A stretch of DNA of 64,000 nt from Thainema sp. (GCA_052168235.1 JBQLZK010000024.1:27090-91089); one strand, 5' to 3'; shown: positions 29,480 to 39,263, counted from the first letter of the stretch. Program-made: numbers and translations. Notes: generated from the sequence alone by a model not told the origin.

Positions 29480-30238
29480 GTGAATACTGACGTTCGTACT
29501 GTTTCAGATACCAAGCGCTCCTTCTACGCCCACCATAAGCGTCCGATCAATTCCATCTATCGTCGGGTAGTGGAAGAGATGATGGTGGAAATGCACCTGC
29601 TTTCTGTAAATGTCGATTTCAAATACGATCCCATTTACGCTCTAGGTGTGGTTACAACCTTTGACCGCTTCATGCAGGGCTACATCCCTGAGCAAGATAA
29701 GACCTCTATCTTTAACGCTCTGTGCCAATCTGTGGAAGTGAGTCCAGAGCAATACCGACAGGACGCAGCCCAATTGGCTGCCAGTGTAGAAGGCCTGTCC
29801 CTCGATGAATTTAAACGTCAACTACCGGGAGCAGAAGGGGCTGGCTCTGGCGCACTAGGCGGCTATTTTCAAACTATTGCCAACGACCCAAACTACAAAT
29901 ACAGCCGACTGCTGGCAATTGGCCTATACACTCTACTCGAAAAGGTTGCTCCAGAGGCGATTGCAGACGATGGTAAGCGTAAAGAACTCATCACGCAGGT
30001 CTGCACGGCCATCGGCTTTAGCGACGAGAAAATGCAGAAGGATCTAGACCTGTATCGCAGCAACCTGGAGAAGATCTCGCAGGCCCAAGAAGTGATGAAA
30101 GATATCTTGGAAGCCAGCCGCAAACAGCGCGAAGAGCGGGGTAAGCGCCTTCAGGAAAAGCAAACTAGCGATGGTGAAACGGGTGCTGTTTCTGACAGCA
30201 CATCCGAAAACACGCCCGAGTCCACTGAGGCAAATTAG
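29480..30238 (+). CDS. psb29: Photosystem II biogenesis protein Psb29/Thf1
   Basis: RTVSDTKR.FY..RPINSIYRRVVEE.MVEMHLL, YSRL.AIGL, KDLDLYRSNLEK. Confidence 0.96.
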   Translation: MNTDVRTVSDTKRSFYAHHKRPINSIYRRVVEEMMVEMHLLSVNVDFKYDPIYALGVVTTFDRFMQGYIPEQDKTSIFNALCQSVEVSPEQYRQDAAQLAASVEGLSLDEFKRQLPGAEGAGSGALGGYFQTIANDPNYKYSRLLAIGLYTLLEKVAPEAIADDGKRKELITQVCTAIGFSDEKMQKDLDLYRSNLEKISQAQEVMKDILEASRKQREERGKRLQEKQTSDGETGAVSDSTSENTPESTEAN

Positions 30239-30290
30239 ACATTGATACGAAATCCGCTCCTAACAACCAGGTTTAGCTGTCAGTTTTAGC

Positions 30291-30329
30291 TGTTTGTGAT
30301 CGTCAGGCATGGCCTAACGATCACAAACA
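30291..30329. terminator. Hairpin between the convergent psb29 and glutaminase genes
   Basis: TGTTTGTGATCGT..ACGATCACAAACA. Confidence 0.75.
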
Positions 30330-30376
30330 ATAATTCGGTTTTCTATAAACGGTCTGCGGTTTCAACAAGATCAGCG

Positions 30377-31345
30377 TCAGCTCAAGCAGCTCAGAGGCAG
30401 ATGCTTGGCCAACTGTTCAATTAAAGTGATACCTGCCACTGAATTGCCAATTTTATCCAGCGGGGGACTGTACACTGCGATCGCACCTTGACTGGGCACC
30501 ACGGCCAGGATCGCGCCGCTGATGCCAGATTTCATTGGCAACCCCACACGCACCGCAAACTGGGCCGACGCTTCGTACAGGCCACAGGTCAACATCAGCG
30601 CATTCACCGCCTGCCGATGACGGTCTTTGACTCGACTGGATGAAACGGCCAGTAGATAACCTAATTTCACTAAATCAGTCACCGTGCCCGCCAAACAGCA
30701 AATCTGCTGATAGGTATCCAGAGCTTGGCCGTCGTTTTTTAAGCGTCCAGCTTCCTGTAAAACCGCAGCCAGTGCTTCGTTACGGGCTTGTCCTAATGTG
30801 CGAACAGAGTTCAGCATGGCCTGGTCAAGCGCAAGATGGGTCTGAGCCTTGTCGTTGAGCCAGTCACAGAGCAACTGGCAGCAGTGGGCGGCAGTGGAGC
30901 CAGGGATTTTGTCGGCAAGTGCGATCGCGCCGCTGTTGATCATGGGATTACGAGGATAGCCCTGGTCGGCCTGGAGCTGATCGAGGGAATTAAACGGTTG
31001 GTCGGAAGGCTGGACACCAACCCAATCAAACACCTGCTCGGCACCAAACTGCTCTAGCAGGTACAGCAGCAGCAGCGGCTTAATCACGCTCATCAAAACA
31101 AAAGAATGCGCTAAATCCCCAGTTTGATAAACGAGGCGTTCCGTTGTCTCGTTCGTACCATCAGCCGCATCGTTGACATAAATCTGGGCCGCAAACCAGT
31201 TGGGATTGGCCGTCGCCAGTAACGTAATTCGATTCGGTACATGTCCCTGAATAGCTTGATGCCGCGCCTGTTCAGCCCATGCGTCAAACTGCGCCGCTGA
31301 TAGTGCTTTAAACGGAGAAACCATACCGAATCCACTGGGCTGCAC
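30377..31345 (-). CDS. glsA: Glutaminase
   Basis: SVIK (SxxK), VG..PS..PFNS, PRNPMINSGAI, CGLY, PMKSGISG, SPPLD..GNS motifs. Confidence 0.9.
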   Translation of the reverse strand: MQPSGFGMVSPFKALSAAQFDAWAEQARHQAIQGHVPNRITLLATANPNWFAAQIYVNDAADGTNETTERLVYQTGDLAHSFVLMSVIKPLLLLYLLEQFGAEQVFDWVGVQPSDQPFNSLDQLQADQGYPRNPMINSGAIALADKIPGSTAAHCCQLLCDWLNDKAQTHLALDQAMLNSVRTLGQARNEALAAVLQEAGRLKNDGQALDTYQQICCLAGTVTDLVKLGYLLAVSSSRVKDRHRQAVNALMLTCGLYEASAQFAVRVGLPMKSGISGAILAVVPSQGAIAVYSPPLDKIGNSVAGITLIEQLAKHLPLSCLS

Positions 31346-32748
31346 TATTCCATCTCGTCTACTTCGCCACCAACAACAACATTACGAATCCGCAGGCTAG
31401 GCCCACCGCAACCAACTGGCAGACCACTCTGTCCACCCTTGCCACAACCGCCGGACTCGTCCCAGTAAAAATCATCGCCGATCGCCTCAATGTCGGCCAG
31501 AGTGCGAAAGACATTGCCCGATAGCGTCACATCCCGCACGGGTTCGGCAATCTCGCCATTGCGAATCATCCAGGCTTCCCCGGCTGTGAAGGTGAACATC
31601 TCGCCGTTGGTCATACCGCCCAACCAGTTACGAGCATAAACGCCTTGCTCAATGCCGCTAAACAGGTCTTTAACCGGAGTTTTGCCCCGCTCAATCCAGG
31701 TATTGGTCATCCGGACAATTGGTGGATAGTGGTAGTTCAAGCAGCGGGCGTTTCCCGTGGGAGCTTCACCCAGCTTGCCAGCGGTTTCGCGAGAGTGCAG
31801 GCGTCCGACGAGTACCCCATCCTGAATCAACTGCGTCGTTGTGGCCGGAGTGCCCTCGTCATCATAGTAATAGCTGCCTCGGTGGCCTGCCGGAGCGGCT
31901 CCATCAAAAATCTGCAGATCCGCTGGCCCAAATCGCCGCCCCAGCGTCATTACTTCCAGCAAATCGGGATTCTCATAGGCCATGTCTGCCTCGGACAGAT
32001 GACCAAACGCTTCATGCACAAACAACCCGGTCAAAATTGGGTCGATGACAACGGTGTACACATCGCCGCGCACCGAGGGCAAATTTAGAGCCGCAACCGC
32101 TCGCTGAGCTGCACTTCTGACTTGCTCGTCCAGATCAGTCATATCTTCATAAGCGCTGCGGGAACCCGTGGTTTCCCGCCCCGTTTGCACGGTTTCGCCA
32201 TTACGAGCCGTGGCCGCAAACCGCATTTCCATATCTGTCCAGGACTGCTCAATCAGGCTGCCGTCAGAGGTGGCGAGAATAATCCGCTGGGAACTGTCAC
32301 CGTAGCGGACTGATGCAGTGGTGATACAGTCATCTACACCGCGCAAAATATCGGAGTAGTGCTGGCAGAGCGCTTTTTTGTCGGCCAGCGGTACCTGACG
32401 CGGGTCGGTTCCAGTCAGCGGCAGACGGCGCACGGTTTGAATCGCCTCTACCGGAGCCAGATTGGTATCTCCTTCGCCGATGATGCGAGCTGAGGAAATG
32501 GCTTCTTCGATGCGATCGCGCAGTGTGCCCAGTTGATTAAAGCTGGCGAATCCCCAACCGCCTTTGTAGCAAGCCCGTACCTGCCCACCAATGGAGATGC
32601 CTTCGCTGAGAGTTTCAATCTTGTCACCCCGCAGCATAATATCGGTGCCTTCCGATTCTTCTAGGCGAATGGCGAGATAGTCAACGCGATCGCGATAGCG
32701 GTTAATCAAGTCAGACAGCAGATTACGATGATCATCCAGGATGGGCAT
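31345..32748 (-). CDS. tldD: TldD/PmbA-family metalloprotease (TldD-type)
   Basis: HEAFGH zinc motif, YDDEG, TGNAR, RMTNT, GCGKGGQ..VGCGGP. Confidence 0.9.
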   Translation of the reverse strand: MPILDDHRNLLSDLINRYRDRVDYLAIRLEESEGTDIMLRGDKIETLSEGISIGGQVRACYKGGWGFASFNQLGTLRDRIEEAISSARIIGEGDTNLAPVEAIQTVRRLPLTGTDPRQVPLADKKALCQHYSDILRGVDDCITTASVRYGDSSQRIILATSDGSLIEQSWTDMEMRFAATARNGETVQTGRETTGSRSAYEDMTDLDEQVRSAAQRAVAALNLPSVRGDVYTVVIDPILTGLFVHEAFGHLSEADMAYENPDLLEVMTLGRRFGPADLQIFDGAAPAGHRGSYYYDDEGTPATTTQLIQDGVLVGRLHSRETAGKLGEAPTGNARCLNYHYPPIVRMTNTWIERGKTPVKDLFSGIEQGVYARNWLGGMTNGEMFTFTAGEAWMIRNGEIAEPVRDVTLSGNVFRTLADIEAIGDDFYWDESGGCGKGGQSGLPVGCGGPSLRIRNVVVGGEVDEME

Positions 32749-32809
32749 GGCCGTAAACCGAACTAAAGAAGCTTGCCATCATTGTGCCGTTAAATGGGGT
32801 GAAACGTCA

Positions 32810-32925
32810 GGGGGGTTGATGGTTTTTGGTTGATGGGTGGTGGTTAGTGGTTGGTTGATAGGGATGTTTAAGGGAGTGGGGGAGTAGGGGAGCAGGACAG
32901 AAAGGGAGTAGGGGAGAAAGGGAGC
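32810..32925. repeat. STRR-like short tandem repeats
   Basis: TGGTTGA/TGGTTAG-type then GGGGAGTA/GGGAGCA-type 7-8-mer runs. Confidence 0.6.
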
Positions 32926-32926
32926 G

Positions 32927-33304
32927 TTATTCTCGGGGTTCGTAGAATTGGCAGCCGTCGCAGGGGCCATTGGGATTGACGGCACAGCGCATAATCTCTG
33001 ATTGGGCATTGTAGCGACAGGAGGCGTCGCCCACTACCCAATGCTGCGCGACCCAACTGCGCTCGTCTAGATGGGGAGCTGATTGGACGTAGAGGGCAAT
33101 TTTATGCAGCTGATACTGCCCCGATCGCAACTGATAACGATGGCGGCGTTCCAGAACCGTGTAGGTTTTTCCCTCGACGTCAAGATAGGAACCGGGTTGA
33201 GGTACCCAATCTAAATAAAGCTGCCCAAGAGACTGCCGTGAATGGCTGAGAATAAGCTCCGTAGGCAATTCGGTCGGAGATTGATTAGGCATAGGGTGAG
33301 ACAC
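32927..33304 (-). CDS. DUF6464-family protein
   Basis: PQPG.Y..YTVLERRHRYQLR.G.Y.L; GDASC.YNA.S..RCAVNP.GPC..C. Confidence 0.85.
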   Translation of the reverse strand: MSHPMPNQSPTELPTELILSHSRQSLGQLYLDWVPQPGSYLDVEGKTYTVLERRHRYQLRSGQYQLHKIALYVQSAPHLDERSWVAQHWVVGDASCRYNAQSEIMRCAVNPNGPCDGCQFYEPRE

Positions 33305-33654
33305 TGCGATCGCAGATTTTAGCTTTACATGCGATGAGTGATTGATTCACGTTCTGATAAATCGCTGGCATGCATCGTATTGTACAGCGTTCATCATAGA
33401 CTTGTTGGCTCAGCGGTGCAGTTCCGACTCATGCCGTGCACAGTTTGTATCCTCATCACAACTTCATAAACAACTGGTCTATTCGGCACTCACTTCATCT
33501 GAACCTCATATTCATTCCTTCTGCGTAAAAAAACGTATGGAAACAGCAGAAAAGCCTTTGAAATTCGTTATCTTGCTACAAGAGGAAACTAGGATTATGC
33601 ATCGTGTTTGTGCGTATAACTACTAAAAATTCTCTCTAAACCCTAAGCCCCCTT

Positions 33655-34698
33655 ATGAAACACTATTTTGCTGCTGCTGGCATTGCCTGCATGGCTGCGA
33701 TCTCACCCCTCGAAGCCAGTGCCGCCACGTTTAATCAAATTTTTGTGTTTGGCGACAGCCTTGCCGATCCGGGCAATCTTTTTCAGGCATCAGGTGGGCT
33801 TGTGCCGCAAACACCTCCCTATGCTCAGCGGTTTTCTAACGGCCCCGTTTGGGTTGAATACCTGGCGGATTCTCTCAATCTCGACCCAATCCGAGCAACC
33901 GATTTTTTAAGCGGCTTACCGCTCAATGGGGAGGATGGCGTTAATTTTGCCGTTGGTGGAGCCAGTACCGGCACAAATTTAGCAAATTTTCCGCTGCCGC
34001 TTGGTGTGTTGTCTCAGGTTGAATCGTTTGAGCAACTGGTGAGCAGCAACGTGCTTCAGCCTGCTGATGATGCGCTCTATATCTATGTAGCAGGCGGCAA
34101 TGATATTGCGGCCAATCTTGCTGGTACACCTGGCTTTGCTGATATCAGCACTTTTCTGTCCAATACAACCGCAGCACTCCAAGACTTAATCAACATCGGA
34201 GCGCAAAATATTCTGGTGAGCAATGTGCCGGATCTGGGGGCAACGCCACGGTTTAACGGATTACCCAGTGCTGGCGTAATTACTAATATCGTCAACAGCT
34301 ATAACCAATCTTTGGCTGCAATTTTGGATTCATTATCGCTTAGTAATCCAACCGCGAATCTGATTGGGTTTGACCTGAATGGATTATTCGGAGATGCGAT
34401 CGCAAATCCAACTAATTACGGATTTATGAACGTTACTGACGCTTGCCTCAGTGGTTTCGACTCATTTCCACCCGACGATAGTTTTAACATTTGTGATGCT
34501 CCAGATTCTTATCTGTTCTGGGACAACTTCCATCCGTCCACTGCCGCCCATGCCATCGTCGCTGATGTTGCCTTGGCCCAACTGCATGAACCCGAAGCTG
34601 TGCCGGAACCCAGCGTACGCTGGAGTTTGGTTGCGTTGGGTACGGTTGTTGTGGGTGGAACGCTACATCGGCGATGCGCTCGACTAAAGTTGCGCTGA
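33655..34698 (+). CDS. SGNH/GDSL hydrolase with PEP-CTERM sorting tail
   Basis: Signal peptide; FGDSL, RFSNG, NFAVGGA, GGND, FWDNFHP; C-terminal VPEP + TM + basic residues. Confidence 0.93.
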   Translation: MKHYFAAAGIACMAAISPLEASAATFNQIFVFGDSLADPGNLFQASGGLVPQTPPYAQRFSNGPVWVEYLADSLNLDPIRATDFLSGLPLNGEDGVNFAVGGASTGTNLANFPLPLGVLSQVESFEQLVSSNVLQPADDALYIYVAGGNDIAANLAGTPGFADISTFLSNTTAALQDLINIGAQNILVSNVPDLGATPRFNGLPSAGVITNIVNSYNQSLAAILDSLSLSNPTANLIGFDLNGLFGDAIANPTNYGFMNVTDACLSGFDSFPPDDSFNICDAPDSYLFWDNFHPSTAAHAIVADVALAQLHEPEAVPEPSVRWSLVALGTVVVGGTLHRRCARLKLR

Positions 34699-34739
34699 GA
34701 ATTGAGCTAAACAGAGTGTTAACTTTATCGTTGGCTGCT

Positions 34740-34957
34740 TGAAAACCTAGTCTTGGGTTGCTAATCTGAGGGGGTCGGACGAACCTGGAAAACCGCATAA
34801 CTTCGTTGACCCCCTCAGATTGCTCTCCGTGCAAGGGTTTGAGCCTTGTTAGTAGAAGGGTTATTGATAGGTATTCTCAATTAACTGGCTCCAAGTTTGA
34901 CCCCCTCAGATTTGGGGCATTGAAAGCCTTGCCCAGTAAAGGCTCCAGATCGAGGGG
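34740..34957 (+). promoter_or_regulatory. CRISPR leader
   Basis: Abuts repeat 1; motif GACCCCCTCAGATT at 34808-34821 and 34899-34912 and inverted at 34763-34776. Confidence 0.8.
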
Positions 34958-35424
34958 GTTTCATTTCACTCACCCCGCAAGGGGACGGAAACAACCAGTC
35001 GCAAAGCATACGAGACATCTACGCTCTCGTTTCATTTCACTCACCCCGCAAGGGGACGGAAACTCGTCAGTGATACTACCCCATCTTAGGACAATATAAT
35101 AGTTTCATTTCACTCACCCCGCAAGGGGACGGAAACGCTCTTGGCAGGCAGCAGGCGCTTGTGGTTGTTCGTTGTTTCATTTCACTCACCCCGCAAGGGG
35201 AAGGAAACCTATGGAGGCTGATTAAACGGTGGGTCGTATCATCCGGTTTCATTTCACTCACCCCGCAAGGGGACGGAAACGTTAAAGCCACCTGCGATCC
35301 CGCTTCCGTTTACATAAGGTTTCATTTCACTCACCCCGCAAGGGGACGGAAACTCTCCCGAGACATCATATTTTGACTGAATTCTGATCGTTTCATTTCA
35401 CTCACCCCGCAAGGGGACGGAAAC
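34958..35424 (+). CRISPR. Orphan CRISPR array: 7 repeats (35 bp), 6 spacers (36-38 bp)
   Basis: Repeat GTTTCATTTCACTCACCCCGCAAGGGGACGGAAAC at 34958, 35029, 35102, 35174 (one C>A), 35246, 35319 and 35390; no cas genes in the window. Confidence 0.98.
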
Positions 35425-35431
35425 CTTAACC

Positions 35432-35607
35432 AAGGCAGAAGGATGAAGGCAGAAGGATGAACAACGGATCTGGTTGGGAGTCAGAGCTGTCAGCAAAAGG
35501 TTAAAAAAGCTTGGTTCGATATCAAGCCAACGCTCACCGAACTAAAATCATGATTCCTCAGCAGGCAACCTTTCTGCCTTCTGCCTTCTGCCTTTACCTC
35601 TGCCTTT
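35432..35607. repeat. Inverted STRR heptamer blocks (AGGCAGA/AGGATGA ... TCTGCCT)
   Basis: AAGGCAGAAGGATGAAGGCAGAAGGATGA at ~35432; TTCTGCCTTCTGCCTTCTGCCT at ~35572. Confidence 0.7.
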
Positions 35608-35657
35608 CCTCAAGGGACTGTACGATACAAACAGATCCCGTCATAGGAACCAACCCC

Positions 35658-36728
35658 ATGTCTGCGTTGAATGCTGCATCGAATCAGCCAACTTTCGACA
35701 CTCTGTTTAACACTATTGAATCGCTGGTCATGTGTCACTCGCCCAGCGGCGTGGAAACGGAGATTAATCAAACGCTGCTGGAGCGATTTCAGGCATTAAA
35801 CGTCCAGGTTTGGCAGGACGACGCAGACAATATCATTGCTCATTTACCCGGAAAAAACCGCGATCGCAGTTTAGCCATCACCGCCCACAAAGATGAAATT
35901 GGGGCCATCGTCAAAACTGTAGAAATCGAGGGGCGTGTCCAGGTACGTAAGCTGGGCGGCGCGTTTCCCTGGGTGTATGGCGAAGGAGTCGTAGACCTAC
36001 TAGGGGATGAGCAAACCCTCAGCGGCATTTTGTCCTTTGGGTCGCGCCATGTCTCCCACGAATCGCTACAGAAAGATTTGCAAGACACGGCACCCTTACG
36101 CTGGGAAGATGCCTGGGTAGAAACTAAGCAGTCCAACGAGGCGCTGGTTGCCGCCGGAATTCGCCCCGGCACGAGAGTGGTGGTTGGCAAACACCGCAAG
36201 CGCCCGTTTCGCATGGGAGACCATATCGCCAGCTACACACTCGATAACAAGGCATCGTTAGCAATCCTCCTCGCCCTCGCTGAGCAAATTGAACAGCCTG
36301 CGGTTGATTTGTATTTAGTTGCATCGGCCAAAGAAGAAGTTGGCGCAATCGGCGCACTCTATTTCACCCAGCGCCAGAAAATTGACGGCCTGATTGCGCT
36401 AGAAATTAGTCCCCTCGCCCCGGAATATCCCATCGAAGGCGGTGAATTTCCGGTGCTGCTCTCGCAGGATAGCTATGGCCTCTACGACGAAGGCTTGAAC
36501 CGTGAGATTCGGCGAGCGGCGGATCGGGTAAATATTCCACTTCAGCTCGCCGCGATCAGCGGCTTCGGTAGCGATGGTTCAATTGCTATGAAATTTGGAC
36601 ATGTATCTCGTGCCGCTTGTCTGGGCTTTCCGACACAGAATACCCACGGGTATGAAATTGCCCATTTGGGTGCGATCGCAAATTGCATTACCGTCCTTAA
36701 ACATTACTGCGAAACCAGCGGGCTATAG
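35658..36728 (+). CDS. M42-family metallopeptidase
   Basis: SPSGVE, TAHKDEIG, LDNK, EEVG..GA, GSD, THGYE motifs; start placed at MSALN. Confidence 0.9.
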   Translation: MSALNAASNQPTFDTLFNTIESLVMCHSPSGVETEINQTLLERFQALNVQVWQDDADNIIAHLPGKNRDRSLAITAHKDEIGAIVKTVEIEGRVQVRKLGGAFPWVYGEGVVDLLGDEQTLSGILSFGSRHVSHESLQKDLQDTAPLRWEDAWVETKQSNEALVAAGIRPGTRVVVGKHRKRPFRMGDHIASYTLDNKASLAILLALAEQIEQPAVDLYLVASAKEEVGAIGALYFTQRQKIDGLIALEISPLAPEYPIEGGEFPVLLSQDSYGLYDEGLNREIRRAADRVNIPLQLAAISGFGSDGSIAMKFGHVSRAACLGFPTQNTHGYEIAHLGAIANCITVLKHYCETSGL

Positions 36729-36812
36729 CGCTATACAATGATCATCAGAAGTTCGTGACAAAAAAGCGCGATCAATCGGCGTAATCAAGGTTTATCAGCC
36801 CCTTCCATTCCT

Positions 36813-37283
36813 ATGGCCAAAACTGTTGCAGACGTAATGAACCGTGATATCGTCACGGTCAAGCCAGAAACTCCCATTAATGACGCGATTCACTTGCTTT
36901 CCGAGCGCAAAATCAGCGGCTTGCCCGTTGTCAATGATGAAGGCAAACTGGTCGGTGTCCTGTCTGAGTCCGACTTGATGTGGCGCGAGAGCGGTGTCAC
37001 TCCGCCCGCTTACATCATGGTGCTGGATAGCGTTATTTATCTCGAAAATCCAGCCCGCTACGAGCGTGAACTGCACAAGGCGCTGGGTCAGACGGTTAAA
37101 GAAGTAATGACCGAGAAATCTATCACCACGATCCGCCCGGATCAGCCGTTAGCAAAAGCGGCTCAACTTTTGCTGCATCGCGATATTCGCCGCCTGCCCG
37201 TAGTCGATGAGCAAAATCATCTGGTGGGCATTCTCACCCGTGGCGATGTCATGCGCGTAATTGCCGCCGATGCCGAAGAATAG
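36813..37283 (+). CDS. Tandem CBS-domain protein
   Basis: ISGLPVV..LVGVLSESD and IRRLPVV..LVGILTRGD. Confidence 0.93.
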   Translation: MAKTVADVMNRDIVTVKPETPINDAIHLLSERKISGLPVVNDEGKLVGVLSESDLMWRESGVTPPAYIMVLDSVIYLENPARYERELHKALGQTVKEVMTEKSITTIRPDQPLAKAAQLLLHRDIRRLPVVDEQNHLVGILTRGDVMRVIAADAEE

Positions 37284-37410
37284 GCTGTAGTTTTGTTAAT
37301 CCACGGCAAAGTCATCAATCTCACCACTTTTTCCAAGCTCCACTATTAACGATCAACTATTCACATTCCTTTAATTTCCTACTTTTTATACATTAGTTTT
37401 TCGGATTGCC

Positions 37411-38076
37411 ATGAGCGTTACCCCCGATTCCGTCCAGCAAATGATCGCCTCTGAAGACTATGGCGATCGACTCAAAGGTATTAACCAACTGCGTGACCTA
37501 GAACCTGCCACTGCATTTGAGCTGATCAAGCAGGTTGTAGCCGATACGAATCCGCGTGTTCGCTATGCTGCCGTCAGTCAAGTGTCTAGCTTAGGTCATC
37601 AAGATCGACAGCAGGCGCTCGATATCTTGCGCGATCGCTTACTGCACGATTCCGAGGTCGATGTGCAAGCCGCCGCTGCCGATTCGTTGGGCGCATTGAA
37701 GCTCACAGAAGCCTACAGCGATCTAGAAGCCAGCTATCAAAACTCATCCGAATGGCTGCTCCAGTTCAGTATCATTGCCGCCTTAGGTGAACTGGGCGAC
37801 CCTCGTTCCTTCGATTTGCTCGAACAGGCGCTTTCCTCTGAAAATGAATTGGTACAAACGGCAGCAATCGGCTCACTAGGCGAACTGGGCGACGATCGAG
37901 CAGTCGCGCTGCTCGTCCCTTACTGCTCCAGCCCAGACTGGCAAATTCGCCATCGCCTCGTGCAAGCCCTTGGTCGTCTCAATAACCCAGAGGCTCAGTC
38001 AGCGCTGAAAAAACTAGCCGATGACGAAATGGAAATTGTTGCACAAGAAGCTCAAGCAACATTGCAACGCGGCTAA
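37411..38076 (+). CDS. nblB: Phycobilisome degradation HEAT-repeat protein NblB
   Basis: SEDYGDRL..INQLR, RVRYAAVSQ, DVQAAAADSLGAL, WLLQFSIIAALGELGD; PBS-lyase HEAT repeats. Confidence 0.85.
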   Translation: MSVTPDSVQQMIASEDYGDRLKGINQLRDLEPATAFELIKQVVADTNPRVRYAAVSQVSSLGHQDRQQALDILRDRLLHDSEVDVQAAAADSLGALKLTEAYSDLEASYQNSSEWLLQFSIIAALGELGDPRSFDLLEQALSSENELVQTAAIGSLGELGDDRAVALLVPYCSSPDWQIRHRLVQALGRLNNPEAQSALKKLADDEMEIVAQEAQATLQRG

Positions 38077-38100
38077 TTAAGCCTTTACTAGCTTTTTTCT

Positions 38101-38134
38101 AAAAGGAAGTAACTCAAAGTTACTTCCTTTTTTT
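38101..38134 (+). terminator. nblB terminator
   Basis: AAAAGGAAGTAAC-TCAAA-GTTACTTCCTTTTTTT. Confidence 0.85.
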
Positions 38135-38516
38135 AGCTACGGATTCAAGTTTTATTTTGAAGTATGAAATTAGCTCAGTATTTGAAACTCCTTATCTCTT
38201 GTTGTACTAAAGCCTAGAAGGATGATTTGTTATCGCATCGTGGCAGCAAAGTCATTACTTTGAACTCGTACTTTAAATGCATAAAAAAGTGAAATTCACG
38301 AGTATTTCTAATATTTATTCGGATAAATTTTATTCTTAAACATAATATTAGCTCAATGTTACTGACTGCTTTTGTGAGGGAATGATAAAGCAGTGAGACG
38401 CATCGTGATAGCGCATGTCCTGATTTAGAGCCAATTTTTAGAGAAATCAGTATTCCTGATCGCCAAAAATTGGCTACGAGCATTGATCTACTATTTATTA
38501 AGGGAAGATCTCCAAC

Positions 38517-39263
38517 ATGAAGAAAATTCTGCAGCTCATTGATCAAAAGAATGAAGAGTTTGCGAAACTGCCGTTCTTCCAGTTTATGGAAGATGAGAGC
38601 ATTGATCCTCGACAAAAACTGGCCTTCTCACCCGTCATCACCCCTCTAGCACTAGAGTTTAGTAAGCTTTGTACACAGGTTTTTCGTCAGGAAGCAGCAG
38701 GCAACCGCGTGCAGGAAATCGTCAATAAGCACACCCAAGAGGAGCATTTCCATTGGCAGTGGCTCCTCGAAGACATGGGTAAGATGGGTACCGATTACAC
38801 CATGCGCTTCAGCGATGTTGTAAGGTTTTTGTGGAGCGATCATACGAAAGTTTCTCGCTCTATGTATTCTTTATTTGAGCGCTATACTCGCGATGCTGAT
38901 CCCGTAATGCGGCTAATTGCGATCGAAGTTTCTGAAGTGACGGCGAACGTATTTTTTCACTCAACCAAATCAGCAGCGCTGCAACTGCAAGAAATGACTG
39001 GGCAAGAATTCCGCTACTACGGAATGTGCCACAATCATATCGAAAATACTCATACTCTACGCACGCCAGAGGTTACAGCTTATATTCAAAGCATTGAGCT
39101 GACCGACGACGTTCGCCAGCAGGCTCTTGAATTGATTGATAAGTCGTTTGACTACTTTGCAGATTTAGTAGACGAGTTTTTGGTATTTGCTCAAGCTCAT
39201 CCATACCAAGAACCTCCATCTGTAAACATCAAGAAAGATTATCTACTCAGCTCTGTCGCTTAA
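38517..39263 (+). CDS. Heme-oxygenase-like diiron oxidase (HDO), AetD-like
   Basis: All-helical 248 aa with E76-x-x-H79, E140 and H172-x3-E176-x2-H179; overall pattern resembles AetD as I recall it. Confidence 0.8.
   Translation: MKKILQLIDQKNEEFAKLPFFQFMEDESIDPRQKLAFSPVITPLALEFSKLCTQVFRQEAAGNRVQEIVNKHTQEEHFHWQWLLEDMGKMGTDYTMRFSDVVRFLWSDHTKVSRSMYSLFERYTRDADPVMRLIAIEVSEVTANVFFHSTKSAALQLQEMTGQEFRYYGMCHNHIENTHTLRTPEVTAYIQSIELTDDVRQQALELIDKSFDYFADLVDEFLVFAQAHPYQEPPSVNIKKDYLLSSVA

Noticed and set aside
35011..35023. 13-nt match between CRISPR spacer 1 (CGAGACATCTACG) and MITE copy 2 (15349-15361, minus strand), suggesting self-targeting
   Set aside because: The match does not extend on either side, and a 13-mer match between six spacers and 64 kb on both strands is unremarkable by chance.
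34806..35657. ORFs overlapping the CRISPR leader and array, and the N-terminal extension of the M42 ORF (35511-35657)
   Set aside because: These are translations of repeats and STRR DNA; the peptidase more plausibly starts at 35658.
38214..38615. 133-aa minus-strand ORF in the AT-rich region
   Set aside because: Overlaps the start and promoter region of the HDO gene and has no recognisable features.
38517..39263. An aetokthonotoxin gene cluster
   Set aside because: Only the AetD-like gene is present; no halogenase, tryptophanase or P450 occurs in the window.
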